Origin: Eledone cirrhosa
Taxonomy: Eukaryota
Assembly: GCA_964016885.1 (NCBI GenBank)
Contig: CAXHJY010001754.1
Location: 10,096 to 74,095, forward strand
Reading direction: 5' to 3'
Length of the DNA: 64,000 nucleotides
Below are positions 29,922 to 46,220 of this stretch, one piece after another. How positions within the stretch are numbered: the first letter of the stretch is position 1; every line of letters begins with the position of its first letter. Under the pieces are notes generated by a model. That model made no database searches and had not been told where the DNA came from. It was given only the letters and a program-made list of their open reading frames with translations. A program made the translations under genes and the position numbers.

Positions 29922-31418
29922 GAAATATTTATGTTGAGATATATATATATACGAGGAGGAAATATTTATGTTGAGATATATATATACAAGGAGGAAATAT
30001 TTATGTTGAGATATATATATATACAAGGAGGAAATATTTATGTTGAGATATATATATACAAGGAGGAAATATTTATGTTGAGATATATATATACAAAGAG
30101 GAAATATTTATGTTGAGATATATATATATACAAAGAGGAAATATTTATGTTGAGATATATATATACAAGGAGGAAATATTTATGTTGAGATATATATATA
30201 CAAAGAGGAAATATTTATGTTGAGATATATATATACGAGGAGGAAATATTTATGTTGAGATATATATACAAGGAGGAAATATTTATGTTGAGATATATAT
30301 ATACAAGGAGGAAATATTTATGTTGAGATATATATATACGAGAAGGAAATATTTATGTTGAGATATATATATACAAGGAGGAAATATTTATGTTGAGATA
30401 TATATATATACAAGGAGGAAATATTTATGTTGAGATATATATATATACAAGGAGGAAATATTTATGTTGAGATATATATATACAAGGAGGAAATATTTAT
30501 GTTGAGATATATATATATACAAAGAGGAAATATTTATGTTGAGATATATATATACAAGGAGGAAATATTTATGTTGAGATATATATATACGAGAAGGAAA
30601 TATTTATGTTGAGATATATATATATACAAGGAGGAAATATTTATGTTGAGATATATATATACAAGGAGGAAATATTTATGTTGAGATATATATATACGAG
30701 AAGGAAATATTTATGTTGAGATATATATATATACAAGGAGGAAATATTTATGTTGAGATATATATATACAAAGAGGAAATATTTATGTTGAGATATATAT
30801 ATATACGAGGAGGAAATATTTATGTTGAGATATATATATACAAGGAGGAAATATTTATGTTGAGATATATATATATACAAAGAGGAAATATTTATGTTGA
30901 GATATATATATACAAGGAGGAAATATTTATGTTGAGATATATATATATACAAAGAGGAAATATTTATGTTGAGATATATATATACAAGGAGGAAATATTT
31001 ATGTTGAGATATATATATACGAGAAGGAAATATTTATGTTGAGATATATATATATACAAGGAGGAAATATTTATGTTGAGATATATATATATAAGGAGGA
31101 AATATTTATGTTGAGATATATATATACGAGAAGGAAATATTTATGTTGAGATATATATATATACAAGGAGGAAATATTTATGTTGAGATATATATATACA
31201 AGGAGGAAATATTTATGTTGAGATATATATATACGAGGAGGAAATATTTATGTTGAGATATATATATACAAGGAGGAAATATTTATGTTGAGATATATAT
31301 ATATACAAGGAGGAAATATTTATGTTGAGATATATATATATACAAGGAGGAAATATTTATGTTGAGATATATATATACAAGGAGGAAATATTTATGTTGA
31401 GATATATATATATACAAA
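29922..31418. repeat. Minisatellite with ~33-37-bp unit GGAAATATTTATGTTGAG(AT)nACAAGGA, about 40 copies
   Basis: Direct inspection; variant units (ACAAAGA, ACGAGGA, ACGAGAA) interspersed. Confidence 0.95.
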
Positions 31419-31863
31419 GATTGGATATATAAAGGCTTACATTATTCATATTAAAGACATTACGATATTTATGTCTAGAAGGAAATGTATATATATTTTT
31501 TATCATTGATAGAAGATATTTAAGTATACTGGCCACTTCATTCATACTATAAGAAGTGTTGAACCAGATGATGTGCGTCTTTCCTGCGGGGTTTGTCCTA
31601 GTTTCTTAATGAAGTAGCAAAAACAATAAAAGGTACATTAGCTGGGTTATCCCCACCCTAACCATTATAGTATCAATGTAGTATCCAATATAACTAGACA
31701 TTTCTTGTCAATGATAAAAAATATACTTCTAGCGGCCATAAATTTTATAAGCCATTTTTTTTCGTTTCTTTTCCTTTCTTTGCTTATATTTCTGATTGAG
31801 TGAATCATAAGCTTCGAAAGGCCGAATGAATTTTACTGCATATATTGAATATTACTTCTCCAC

Positions 31864-31901
<38 letters not shown>

Positions 31902-31902
31902 C

Positions 31903-31934
<32 letters not shown>

Positions 31935-32218
31935 GATATATCATATATATATATATATATATGATATATATATATATTGGCATGAGATACAGATATGCAA
32001 AATGCATGGATAAGTGTATATAGAATAAGTGTAGATCGAACTATGTTAGAAGCTCATTAGCTGCTTGAATTCTCCAGAGTATTGACGACGGAACTGAGAT
32101 TCGATTTCCTTCCAACATCTTTTTATTCCAGCGATATATTTTTTACCATTTTTTTTCTGTTTTGCATACATCTTTGCTAAGTCTCCGTATGTTAAATTGA
32201 GGTATATATATATATGTG

Positions 32219-32277
<59 letters not shown>

Positions 32278-32421
32278 GTATATATATATATATATATATA
32301 TTTATCTACATACAGTTTGCCCTACAAAATGTATACACACTTCAACAGCATTCTAATAAATATGTGTATACATATTTGAGTCATGTATATATATAGGGAT
32401 ATTTGGGCATGTATATATATA

Positions 32422-32519
<98 letters not shown>

Positions 32520-32595
32520 TACATCAAATTTTGTACATACGTTCATGCATATATTCATGCATAAGTTCAGAAGAATATATATATATATATAATAT

Positions 32596-32634
<39 letters not shown>

Positions 32635-32854
32635 TGAATAAGTATATACGTTCATATATACACGGCTGAGCTATGTAGCAACATATCTGCAGAGACGCCT
32701 GGAATGTTTGGTAAACCTTTCTAAAGCTGAAGGTGTACGACTGGAAAGTTATGAGATTCTGGCATTCCATGACGAACCCCATTATGGAGAAATATATCAT
32801 CATTCTTCTCCATCCATGATCATCATTTTCTAAGATTATATTCTACACCAACGA

Positions 32855-33205
32855 AGGCAGCGAATTGGTAGAATCATTAGGGCAACGGATTTTTTTTTTA
32901 AATAGTTCATTGCTTTATGTTTTTTTCAGGCTCACTTCATCCTGAGTTCAAATCCCGCCGGGGTTAACTTTGCTTTTCATCCTTACGGGGTCGATAAAAT
33001 AAAGTACCAGTAATGCACTGAGTAATTGTTGGCCTTGTGCCAAAAGTAGAAACAATTATTTGTGAAGATGATAATGTAGGCCGAAATACTCGCCTAAGGA
33101 GTTGCGGTGTTTCTTCTCGGAAGACTCTCCTGAGAGTCTCTTCTCTGAAGACCTTCTGCTGTCCTGCTCTCCTGAGAGTCTCTTACCACGCTGATTTCAA
33201 TGATA
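32855..33205 (+). mobile_element. SINE copy (32855-33057) with 3' extension shared with 19000-19096
   Basis: Core and tail, then GATGATAATGTAGGCCGAAATACTCGC...CTCTGAAGACCTTCTGC. Confidence 0.75.
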
Positions 33206-34214
33206 TATGGCTGTTATTTCTAACAGATGCTGTGACTACATAGAAGCTATCTCATTGACGCGAGATTCCTTCAATGGCTTCGATTGTGTTTTTGGTTTTT
33301 GTTAGTTTGCTCCTATCCAAATCTTCTCATATTCTCACTTTCACACATACTTTGCTCCATATATTTATTATATATTTATTATATATTTATTATATATTTA
33401 TTATATATTTATTATATATTTATATATTTATTATATATTTATTATATATTTATTATATATTTATATATTTATTATATATTTATTTAATGTCTTATTTATA
33501 TATTTATTATATATTTATTATATATTTATTATATATTTATTTAATGTCTTATTTATATATTTATTTCTATATATATTTGTTTATATATAGAAAGGATAAT
33601 GAGCAGCAGGTTTCATATATATATATATATATATGTATGTATGTGTATATATATATATACACACATATATATATATACATACACTCATATATATATATAT
33701 ATATATTCTACACTACACTATTCTCATTTCTCTTATCAATGATACCAGAAAAATCTAAAGAAGGAATAACAAAACAAAAAAATCTTTAAAAAATCTAAAA
33801 AAAAAAAATCTAAAAAAATATACTACACTACCAAAATATGAAAAATCATCGGATATTTGCAATTCTCGTTTTATGATCAGTAACAGACACCGACACCCTG
33901 TCAGATTCCATGCTCTGCCTCTACACGAACGCTAATATTCATTACTGGAGATATCTAGAGAGGAGAGAAGGATCTTTTAGATTTTTGGTTATATTTTGGT
34001 TATATTGTTACCATTTTTCTATTCCTTAATATTTTATCCTCACAAAATATTTCAAGCTAATGGTTTCCTATTTACGTCCATCTATTAGTTCGGGTTTTTT
34101 TTTTTTCATGTGTATGGTTTGGGCGTTGTTTTTCTTGGATAGGCTGGTTATAATTTTGTTTGGGTTTTTTTTTTTGTTGTTGGTTTAACCATCTGTTTTT
34201 CTTAGGGCTATTGT

Positions 34215-34273
<59 letters not shown>

Positions 34274-34369
34274 CATATATATATATGTGTGTGTGTGTGT
34301 GTCTGTATGTGTGTGTTTGTGTGTGTGTATGTAGAATGTATATATTGTATATGTATATGTGTGTAGATA

Positions 34370-34424
<55 letters not shown>

Positions 34425-34503
34425 GTGTGTGTGTGTGTGCGTGTAATAGTATATTATATATATATATATAGAAAGAGAGAGAGATTTATATATATATATA
34501 TAT

Positions 34504-34547
<44 letters not shown>

Positions 34548-34576
34548 GAGAGAGAGAGAGAGGGGGAGAGAGATTG

Positions 34577-34691
<115 letters not shown>

Positions 34692-35243
34692 ACATATACG
34701 TGTGTGAATATAGTATAATATTTATATATAGTTTTTATCACATATTCTTTCCCCAACATCTCCCCACAACGAGGAAGTAAAGTTGTAACATAGTCTCTAA
34801 GTCTATCATGTTTTACTTCAGTGTTTCGTTCCGTTTTGCTTTTTACAAACACCACTTTATTTCGTTTTTCTTTAGAATATCTTCATTCTCCAACAATTGA
34901 TTTTCTTTACTCTTATTTTTTTCGTTACTTTAGATGAGTTTTTGTGGTCTTTTCTTTTGCCATAATGTGTAACACTGAGTCGATTTGTATTCCTCATTAG
35001 GTCGAGTTGAAATCGTTTTAGTTGAGGAATGAAATATTGAATTATGACTGCATATTTCTAATGATATATTCTATCTCCAGTTTACAGTATGGACGTAGAT
35101 CTCAGTATATAATCAATCCTTCTCGATTTTTCAATGTGTTATGTTTTTTTCTCACTTTACACACCTTCTCAATCATTCTTCATCCAGTATCGTATCCCTC
35201 TTAACATACATATTCTCTCTATTTCTCGTGCACACTCACGAAC

Positions 35244-35281
<38 letters not shown>

Positions 35282-35333
35282 ACACACTCATAGAGTCATT
35301 ACTCATATTTTTCAGATATACGTACATATATAT

Positions 35334-35365
<32 letters not shown>

Positions 35366-35376
35366 TTATATATATA

Positions 35377-35456
35377 TAACGAAGGAAATGTGGTAAAGAA
35401 CCAGGTGGACCATAACGCACCAAAGTACTCAATACTTAGGGTAGCACATGTTCCTA
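35377..35456 (-). mobile_element. Family A element lacking its hairpin
   Basis: TAACGAAGGAAATGTGG...AGTACTCAATACTTAGGGTAG joined almost directly to GTTCCTA. Confidence 0.7.
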
Positions 35457-35521
35457 TATATATATAGATGATTTCTAAAGAATGAAACAGTTCTAGTCCT
35501 GTAGAATCTCATCTATATTAA

Positions 35522-35568
<47 letters not shown>

Positions 35569-35728
35569 AAGGGCAGAAACGAAGTATCAATATAACACCA
35601 ATATGTTTATTTTCACGTGACGCACGTTTCGCATTCGGACCCACCCACATATTAGCATTGAGTGCTCATTCAGTCTAGTGACCCAACAATAACTAAGCAT
35701 TACACACCTTTACACTATATTAAATATA

Positions 35729-35807
<79 letters not shown>

Positions 35808-35980
35808 TATATATATATTTATATATTATAAATCAGGAAAGAAGAGTGACACGGTTTGCTATTCAAAAAAGGTTTTTAATCTCATTGCTGACTACATAAC
35901 TGGACTACACCTAAGTAGACTACCTATAACAATACTCTGTTATCCCGTATATATATATATTATATATATATATATAATAT

Positions 35981-36127
<147 letters not shown>

Positions 36128-36257
36128 GTAAGGTTTTTTTTACAAAATGAAAAATAACCGAGGTGTCCTACACGAGTGAAAGTATAAAGAAAAAGAAATG
36201 AAATCGAAAATGCAACTGGGGTCTTATTTTTTTTAAAATATATATATTTATTTGGTT

Positions 36258-36295
36258 CCTTTACTGGTTTCGCAGTTCTTCTGCTTTTCAAAAGG
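36258..36295 (-). ncRNA. Variant-core hammerhead-like motif
   Basis: rc: cctt TTGAAAA gcag aagaa ctgc GAAAC ca GTA aagg, followed by AATAAA; core deviates from CUGANGA. Confidence 0.35.
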
Positions 36296-36326
36296 TGAGT
36301 TGAGATGGAGGGTCTGTGGTTTTTCT

Positions 36327-36380
<54 letters not shown>

Positions 36381-36516
36381 TTTTTGCGGAAAATATCTTA
36401 CCTTCTCCAATAAAAAATATTATGACCTTAAGTAGGAGCAATAACATTAAGAAATACATGAACGACACCACAACACTTTGTTTTGAAAATGTTGAAAGTA
36501 TGTTTATAAGTATGAA

Positions 36517-36777
36517 TTTTTCATAAGATTTTCGTAGTTGTCTCTGTGGCCTAGCGGTAGGTACTAGAGACGGTGGAGATCCTGGTCTTGGGTTCAATCC
36601 TGGTCAAGAGGTATGTGTAACAATTTCAGTTTTTATTTTACAACCCATAGGAAAAAACTGAAAAGGTTTACTGGCAACCCTACTCCCGGCCAGGATCGAA
36701 CTCCAGACCAGGATCGCCACCGTCTATGATTCCTCCAACTCGGCCACCGAGACAGCTACAAAAGTATAATGAAAATT
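36517..36777. repeat. Imperfect inverted pair of tRNA-like (A-box/B-box) segments
   Basis: GTGGCCTAGCGGTAGG...GGGTTCAATCC on + and GTGGCCGAGTTGGAGG...GAGTTCGATCC on -; arms ~120 bp. Confidence 0.65.
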
Positions 36778-36818
36778 GATAATTATAAACCTACTTTCAA
36801 AATCAAAGTTAAAAACGT

Positions 36819-37265
<447 letters not shown>

Positions 37266-38464
37266 TTAACTGTCGCACATCAAGTAGTATTCGATTCGTT
37301 TGAGGCAATATATATATATATTTATACATATGTAATATATATACATTTTTTTTTTTACAGATTCGGAGATAATCTCAGGAGATTTCAGGTTGTTTCGGAA
37401 GTTTACAACAATGAGTGTAGTTTTGTTTTCCTTATCACTTCAACTGCTAAACATATTTGTCAGGAGCAATAGAAATCACATGGATGTCATTTCTGCTTTA
37501 TCACGTTACAGCCTATTAGTGGCTAAGATTTCCTACCGCACATGCACAAAATCACACACTCGCAGGCACGCGAGCAAACAGACATTCACACTCACACACA
37601 TACACACACATACACCTACACACATACACCTACACACATACACCTACACACATACACACACACACACACACACACAGACAGACTCACACACATAATTTGA
37701 GAGGCACTCACTCTCACACACACATAAGCACAGAGACATTTGTAAACACACACACACACAATCAGACAGGCCCTCACTCACACACATAAGCTGACACACA
37801 CACACACACACACCCATAATCAGACAGACGCTCGCTCACACACACATACAGATACAGACATTCATACTTAAACACACATAACCCCCGACATACATTGACG
37901 CATATACACACTCACACACACACACATAATCAGACAGTCACTTACACAGACACACACAGACATTCACACTTGCATACACAGACAGACATCCGCACATACA
38001 CACACATGACATACATATACAAACACATAAGCCGACATACATATACACACACTCACACACACTCACACACATAAGCAGGCAGGCATTGGTTCTGTCACTC
38101 ACCTCTCCCACAAATGTAGAAATATTCCCTAGAGAATCACATAATTTAATAAATAAAGGCATTAAACAATAAATATAATCAATAATAATCATAAAAAAGA
38201 CATTTATATGAGGAGAAAAAAAAGAAATCGTCTTCTTATTTTGTTATTTGTTGTTACATTTGTCTTTTACATTTTTTTTTTTATTCAAATCTGTTGTTAA
38301 GTTCAAATGTCGTCTGCTCATCCAATTGAAGTTTAAGTTACTTTACAGGATGTCGACCGTTAGCTTTCATTAAGTAACATTTATTTTCGTTTGTTTTTCC
38401 TTCATTCATTAAATTATTTATGTTATCAACTGAACATCAGATCTCATTAGATTTCTCTCCATTA

Positions 38465-38554
<90 letters not shown>

Positions 38555-38594
38555 ATCTATCGATCTATCGATCTAGCTATCTCTACCCCCCTCC

Positions 38595-38675
<81 letters not shown>

Positions 38676-38966
38676 CTCCCTCTTCACATCTCTTTAAAAA
38701 TAATACCAAAATAACACAAACTAACAAACATACACTAACAAACATATATATTATCTATTTCCTAGAATCCTTTGGGGAAAAAGTTGAAATCTTTACACTT
38801 TCATATTTGCATGTCCAAGTACGTGATTTGAGAGAGTGAAACATGCTTTACAAAACCTGTGCGTGCTACATCGTTAAGAACTGGGACTTTTGACGGCTGA
38901 AGCGCTATGGTTCACATATCCCGTGTGTGCGAGGGGCACAAACACACACATGCATGCATAATAGTG

Positions 38967-39020
<54 letters not shown>

Positions 39021-39043
39021 ATGTATGTATATATATATGTATG

Positions 39044-39074
<31 letters not shown>

Positions 39075-39362
39075 ATGTATGTATGTATATATATATATAT
39101 ATATTAACATACACATGAGTTCTTGTTTGTTTATGTATATGTTTGTGCTTTGTGCATTTTCGTAGATTAAATACTTGTAATAATATAATAAAATTATACA
39201 TACATTGGAGCAGGTGTATATATAATATATATATATATATATATTATATATACGTGTGTGTGTGTGAGTGTATTTGTATGTGTGTAGGTGTGCGTATGTA
39301 AGTGTGTTTATGAATGTGTGTCTTTGTGAGAGTGTGAGTGTGTGTATGTAAGTGTGCGTTTG

Positions 39363-39393
<31 letters not shown>

Positions 39394-39529
39394 GTGTAAG
39401 TGTATGTGTATAGATGCGTGTATGTAAGTAAGTGTGTGTGTGTATATATATGCCTGTATGTGTGTGCTTTTGTATATATGTGTGAGTATATAAGTGATGT
39501 GTATAGCTGTGTGTATATAAGTGTGCATG

Positions 39530-39587
<58 letters not shown>

Positions 39588-39711
39588 AGCCTGTATATGG
39601 GCTTGTGTATATATGTGTGAGTATATAAGTGATGTGTATAGGTGTGTGTATGTAAGTGTGCATGTATATATATATGTGTGCGTGTGTGTGTGTGTGTGTG
39701 CGTGTGCGCGC

Positions 39712-39788
<77 letters not shown>

Positions 39789-40052
39789 ATGTATTTAGCA
39801 GAAGACATTGCAATGATAACCCAAAGTAGAAGACACGACTGTGCACTGTGATCAACTTTAGTCCTAACGTTTCGTCTTGTTGTCGGTCGTCTGCAATGAC
39901 GTCTGTCAGAAAGGATTCGACGTCGTTCTAGAACTCTCAGCAAACACACTCGCGCGTGCGCAGATAGCAAAGATTAGCTTAAACATTTGTCCCTCTTTAC
40001 ATTGAATCGTGTGCTGTTTCTGGTGGCGTACGTGTCATTTGGTGAACAAACA

Positions 40053-40122
<70 letters not shown>

Positions 40123-40135
40123 CTCTCTATCTCAC

Positions 40136-40180
<45 letters not shown>

Positions 40181-40274
40181 ATTTTTCTATTTTTTTGTTT
40201 GGTTTTCAGACTCTCATTGTCCACCCACCCACCCCAACATAGTCAGTTTAAAGTTGTATCACTGCCTCAGCCAT

Positions 40275-40936
40275 TTTGTTGTCGTTGTCGTTATTGTTAT
40301 TGTTAGTGTTGTTGTTGTTGTTGTTGTTGGTTTATGTATTGTTCTTGTTGTTGTTATTACTTTTGTTGTTTAGTTTTATTGTGTTGTTATTGGTGTTGGT
40401 GTTGGTGTTGGTGTTGGTGTTGTTGTTGGTGTTTGTGGTGGTGTTGTTGGTGTTGTTGTAGGTGTTGTTGTTGGTGTTGTTGTTGTAGGTGTTGTTGTTA
40501 ATGTTGGTGTTGGTGTTGTTGGTGTTGTTGTTGTTGGTGTTGTTGTTGTTGCTAATGTTGGTGTTGGTGTTAGTGTTGTTGTAGGTGTTGTTGTTAGTGT
40601 TGGTGTTGGTGTTGTTGGTGTTCTTGTTGTATGTGTTGTTGTTGTTGTTGGTGTTGGTGTTGGTGTTGGTGTTGTTGTTGGTATTGTTGTTGGTGGTGTT
40701 GTTAGTGTTGTTGTTGTTGTTTCTTTAATCAATTCTGAAATAGAACTAAACTGCCACAAATGAGTGTTACATTGGTCAACAGATCTTATTGGTGGAGACG
40801 GAACCTTTTGACGGCCGGATAACTGTGTGGCTGGATGGTTGGATGGTGAGATGGTTAGATATATAGATATACATAGATTGATTGATAGATAGATATATAG
40901 ATAGATAGGTAGATAGATAGATATATAGATAGATAT

Positions 40937-41024
<88 letters not shown>

Positions 41025-43260
41025 TTCGTGGGTTAGCTGGATGGATGGTTGATAGTTTGAATGTTGCGAAAGATGATGGTGATGATGGTGATGATGATGG
41101 TGGTGATGGTGGTGATGGTGATGATGGTGATAATGGTGGCGATAATGGTAAAGTTGCTGATAATGGTGATGATAACGATGATGGTGGTGGTAATCGTGGT
41201 AAAAATGGTGGTGATGGTGATGGTGGTGATGGTGGTGATGGTGGTGATGGTGATAATGGTGGTATAGATGCTGGTGATGATGGTGGTAATGATGGTGATG
41301 ATGGTGGTGATGGTGATGGTGATGATGGTGGTAATCATATAGATGCTGGTGATGGTAATGGTGGTAATGATGGTGATGATGGTGGTGGTGGTGGTGATGA
41401 TGGTGATGATGGTTATGGTGCTGGTGATGGTAATGGTGATGGTGGTGGTGGTGGTGGTGGTGGTGGTGGCGATGGTAATGGTAATGGTGGTGGTGGTGGT
41501 GGTGGTGGTGGTGGTGGTGGTGGTGGTGGTGGTGGTGGTGGTGGTGGTGGTGGTGGTGGTGGTGATGGCCGTGACAGTGGTGGTGGTGTTCGTTGTGGTG
41601 GAATAACTTGTTTATGAGTGTAAGGACATGAAATGTCGTGATACCAGTGTATAAGATAACAAACATGGACGTGATGGTGTAGTTGTTTCTTTGTTTAAGA
41701 TGGCGCTGATGGAGGCGGTGTTGTTCTTGTTGTTGTTGTTGTTTAAGATGGCGCTGATGAAGGCGATGTTGTTGTTTTTGTTGTTGTTCAAGATGGCGCT
41801 GATGAAGGCGATCAATGATGAACGCTACATTTGCTCTCCATACCAATTGAATTTAGATCGGTAATGGCAGACAAATTAGTTTATGAGGCATTCCTGACTG
41901 ACTGACTGACTGGCTGAGCGTGGCTGGCGATCGCCCGTGTTTGTGTGAGTGTATTTTGTGTGTCGGCGTGAGTGTGTGTATGTGTGTGAGAGAGAGAGGG
42001 TGTGTGTGTATGTTTTTGTGTGTGAGTGTGCTTGTGTGTGAGGTAGAGTCTGTGTGTGGGGGGTGTATGTGTATATGTATGTGTGTGTGTGAGAGAGAGA
42101 GAGAAAGAGTGTGTGTGTGTGTATATATATATATATGAGTGTGTGTGTATGAAAGAGAGAGAGAGAGAGAGAGTGTGTGTGTGTGTGTATGTTTGTATAT
42201 ATATATGTGTGTGTGTGAGAGAGAGAGTGTGTGTTTGTATGTGTATGTATATATGTGTGTGTGTATGAGAGAGAGAGAGGGTGTGTCCGTGTATGTGTGA
42301 GATAGAGAGAGAGTGTGTGTGTGCGAGAGAGAGAGAGTGTTTGTGTGTGAGAGAGAGAGGGGATGAGTGCGTGTGATGGTTAAGTGGTTTTAGGTGTCCG
42401 TAGTGGTGATGTAAGTGGTATTGGCGGTGGTGGAGGTGGTGTTGATGGTGCTGCTGCTAGTGGTGGTAGTAGTGGTACTGGTGGTGGTACTGCTAGTGGT
42501 GGTGGTGTTGGAGATTGTTAAAGATAGCAGTAAGGTTAAAATGGCGTCCGATATAAAATAAAAAACAAAACAATATGAAAAAAACCGTGTGAGAAGAAAG
42601 GTAATTGTTTCATTTGTGTTACGGCTGACTTTTGTTGACATAGTGTTGTGGTGTTGTTGTTGTTATGGTATTGTTGTTGTGGTGTTGGTGTTATGGTGGT
42701 GGTGTTGAGGTTGCTGTAGTGTTGGTGTTGGTGTGGTGGTGTTGTTGTTATGGTATTGTTGTTGTGGTGTTGGTGTTATGGTGGTGGTGTTGAGGTTGTT
42801 GTAGTATTGGTGTTAGTGTGGTGGTGTTGTTGTTATGGTATTGTTGTTGTGGTGTTGGTGTTATGGTGGTGGTGTTGAGGTTGTTGTAGTGTTGGTGTTG
42901 GTGTTGGTGTTGGTGTTGGTGTTGGTGTTGGTTTTCTGGTGTTGGTCTTGTGGTGTTGTTGTTATGGTATTGTTGTTGTGGTGTTGATGCTATGGTGGTG
43001 GTGGTGGTGTTGGGGTTGTTGTGGTGTCGGTGTTGTTCGTGGTGGTGTTGTGGTGTTGTTGTGATATTGTTGTTGTTGTGGTGTTGGTGTTGGTGTTGGT
43101 GGTAGTGGTGTCGGTGGTGTTTGTGGTGGTGGTGGTGGGGTTGGTGATGTTGGTGGTGATGGTGGTGGTGGTGGTAGTGGTGGAGTTGCTGTTGTTGTGA
43201 TACTGTTGTTGTTGTGTTGTTGTGGTGGTGTTGATGTTGTTGTTGGTGTTGTTGTTGTTT
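40275..43260. repeat. Low-complexity region: (GTT/GGT)n, (GATA)n, (GAT/GGT)n, (GT/GA)n
   Basis: Direct inspection. Confidence 0.9.
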
Positions 43261-43673
43261 ATGTTTACAGCATCATCATAGCCATCGTCGTCATCATTAT
43301 TATTGTTTTGGGTTTTTGTATTTCTATTTTTCCTGATGTTATTGCTGGTGTTGTTTTTTTTTTCTTTCGTTTGCTTTTTCCGTTTATTTTTTTCGTTTCT
43401 ATTCTTTTATTTCTTTTGTTGCTTGTTTATTTTTTTGTTTGTTCTAACTGCTGTTTGTATTGCTGTTGATTGTTGTTGTTTTTGTTTTTGTTGTTGTTGT
43501 TGTCCTAACTGCTGTTGGTGTTGTCCATTTCAGCAATGTTTAATTAATTAATTGACGCTAATACACATCTCCAATGTTGGCTAAACTGGAGTTGAACACA
43601 AACGACGGCCATTTTGGTAAAATAAATATAGAAACAAACAACCAAATAAATAACTACATAAACATATATACAT

Positions 43674-43710
<37 letters not shown>

Positions 43711-43783
43711 CACATATATATGAGTGTGTGTGGTGTATGTGTCACTTCCCCCTCATCTCCCGCTCTCGCTCTTGCTCTCTCTT

Positions 43784-43843
<60 letters not shown>

Positions 43844-44491
43844 GCTCTTTCTTTCGGCTGTGTTCCGACCAAGAGAGGGGCGAGATCCATAATGTTTAAA
43901 ACACCCAAGACACCACCCTCCCTGTATGAAAACCAACGACACTCCTGCGACTCCATTAGGAGATACGGCTCCTATCCTTTCCATATAGATACATATACAC
44001 CTTTATTGGGAATTACACTGTGTTAGTGCTCTGGTAAACTATCAATATTAGCAGTAACAATACTAGAGTTCGTACTAACAGTCGTAGAGTTCCATTCAAT
44101 TTGAATCTCGTCAAATATCACGTGACACGTATTAATCTGTGATCCTGTTACGACGTGACAAACCCCGAATCCTAACTAATGCAGTAAACAAGGCCTGATT
44201 CCCAGTCGTGTAAGATCTTCTAAAATCTTTCAGTCATGTTCCACATGTTTTCCACGTCTCTCACATTCACTAGGACCTTCAGAATTTGTTTTCTGTATCT
44301 GCACACAAACATATATGAACACAAACACACACATACACACACATACACATATACACACAAACACACTCATATACACAGCAATACGAGCAGATATATGTAG
44401 ATATGTATATGTATGTGTGTGCTGCGTATATGCATCTATTTATGTGCATATGTAAGCATGTATATCTATGTATGAACCTAAACGAATTTCT

Positions 44492-44561
<70 letters not shown>

Positions 44562-44712
44562 ATATATTGATATGTGTATGCTTATATATATAAGGGAAAG
44601 AGAGGGAGGGAGACATATGCAGAGAAATGAATACGTAGGTATGTAGGTAGATAGATAGATAAGTAGGTAAGTACGTTGATAGATACAAACATAGATAGAT
44701 GTCAATATATAT

Positions 44713-44883
<171 letters not shown>

Positions 44884-44986
44884 GTATATATGCATATATA
44901 TATATGTCAGAAGAAAGATGGTTGTTTAACAACAGTAAAATATTTTCCGTATATTTCTTATCCCAACTTTATTTTTCATTATATAT

Positions 44987-45058
<72 letters not shown>

Positions 45059-45114
45059 ATAGTTTAGAAAGTATACATATGCATGTGTACATAGATACAT
45101 CCATATCAATGTGG

Positions 45115-45161
<47 letters not shown>

Positions 45162-45387
45162 TGTATGTAAGTGTGTGTGTGTGTTTATTCAGGGAACTCT
45201 AAAATGAATGTCGGCAAAGGAAGTGAATACAAGATACCCCACCACCACCACCACCCCCTCCCCCCCCCCCCTCACTCCCTCCACCAATATTATGATTATC
45301 GATACTCAGTGAAGTAAATCAAAGTAGAACAACTTGGACTATTACGAGCTGTAATAAAACACACGTCGTTCTCACTGTATATACATA

Positions 45388-45454
<67 letters not shown>

Positions 45455-45554
45455 GTATATATATATATATATATGTATGCATATATATATACATATATAT
45501 GCATATATATACATATATACATATATATATATACATATATACATATATATATTC

Positions 45555-45665
<111 letters not shown>

Positions 45666-45761
45666 TATGTATTCATACATACGTATGTGAGTGAGAGAGT
45701 GTGTGTGGTCGTATTTACAAATATTTATATGGTTATACGTTAATGATCATTTATTTATTAT

Positions 45762-45814
<53 letters not shown>

Positions 45815-45871
45815 TATCTATGTATATATATAAACGTAAGTAGGTGAATGCATAAATATGTCTTTGGTATA

Positions 45872-46060
<189 letters not shown>

Positions 46061-46128
46061 GTGTGTGCGTGTCTATGAATATATGAATGTATACAAATAT
46101 CTATGTAAATAGATAGCCAGAGAGATTG

Positions 46129-46220
<92 letters not shown>

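Noticed and set aside
29922-31418. CRISPR-like regular repeats
   Set aside because: Units are contiguous with only AT-length variation; no unique spacers or cas genes
40376-41846. Mucin-like and His-rich minus-strand ORFs
   Set aside because: Built from trinucleotide and GATA repeats; the putative upstream intron would be only about 36 nt
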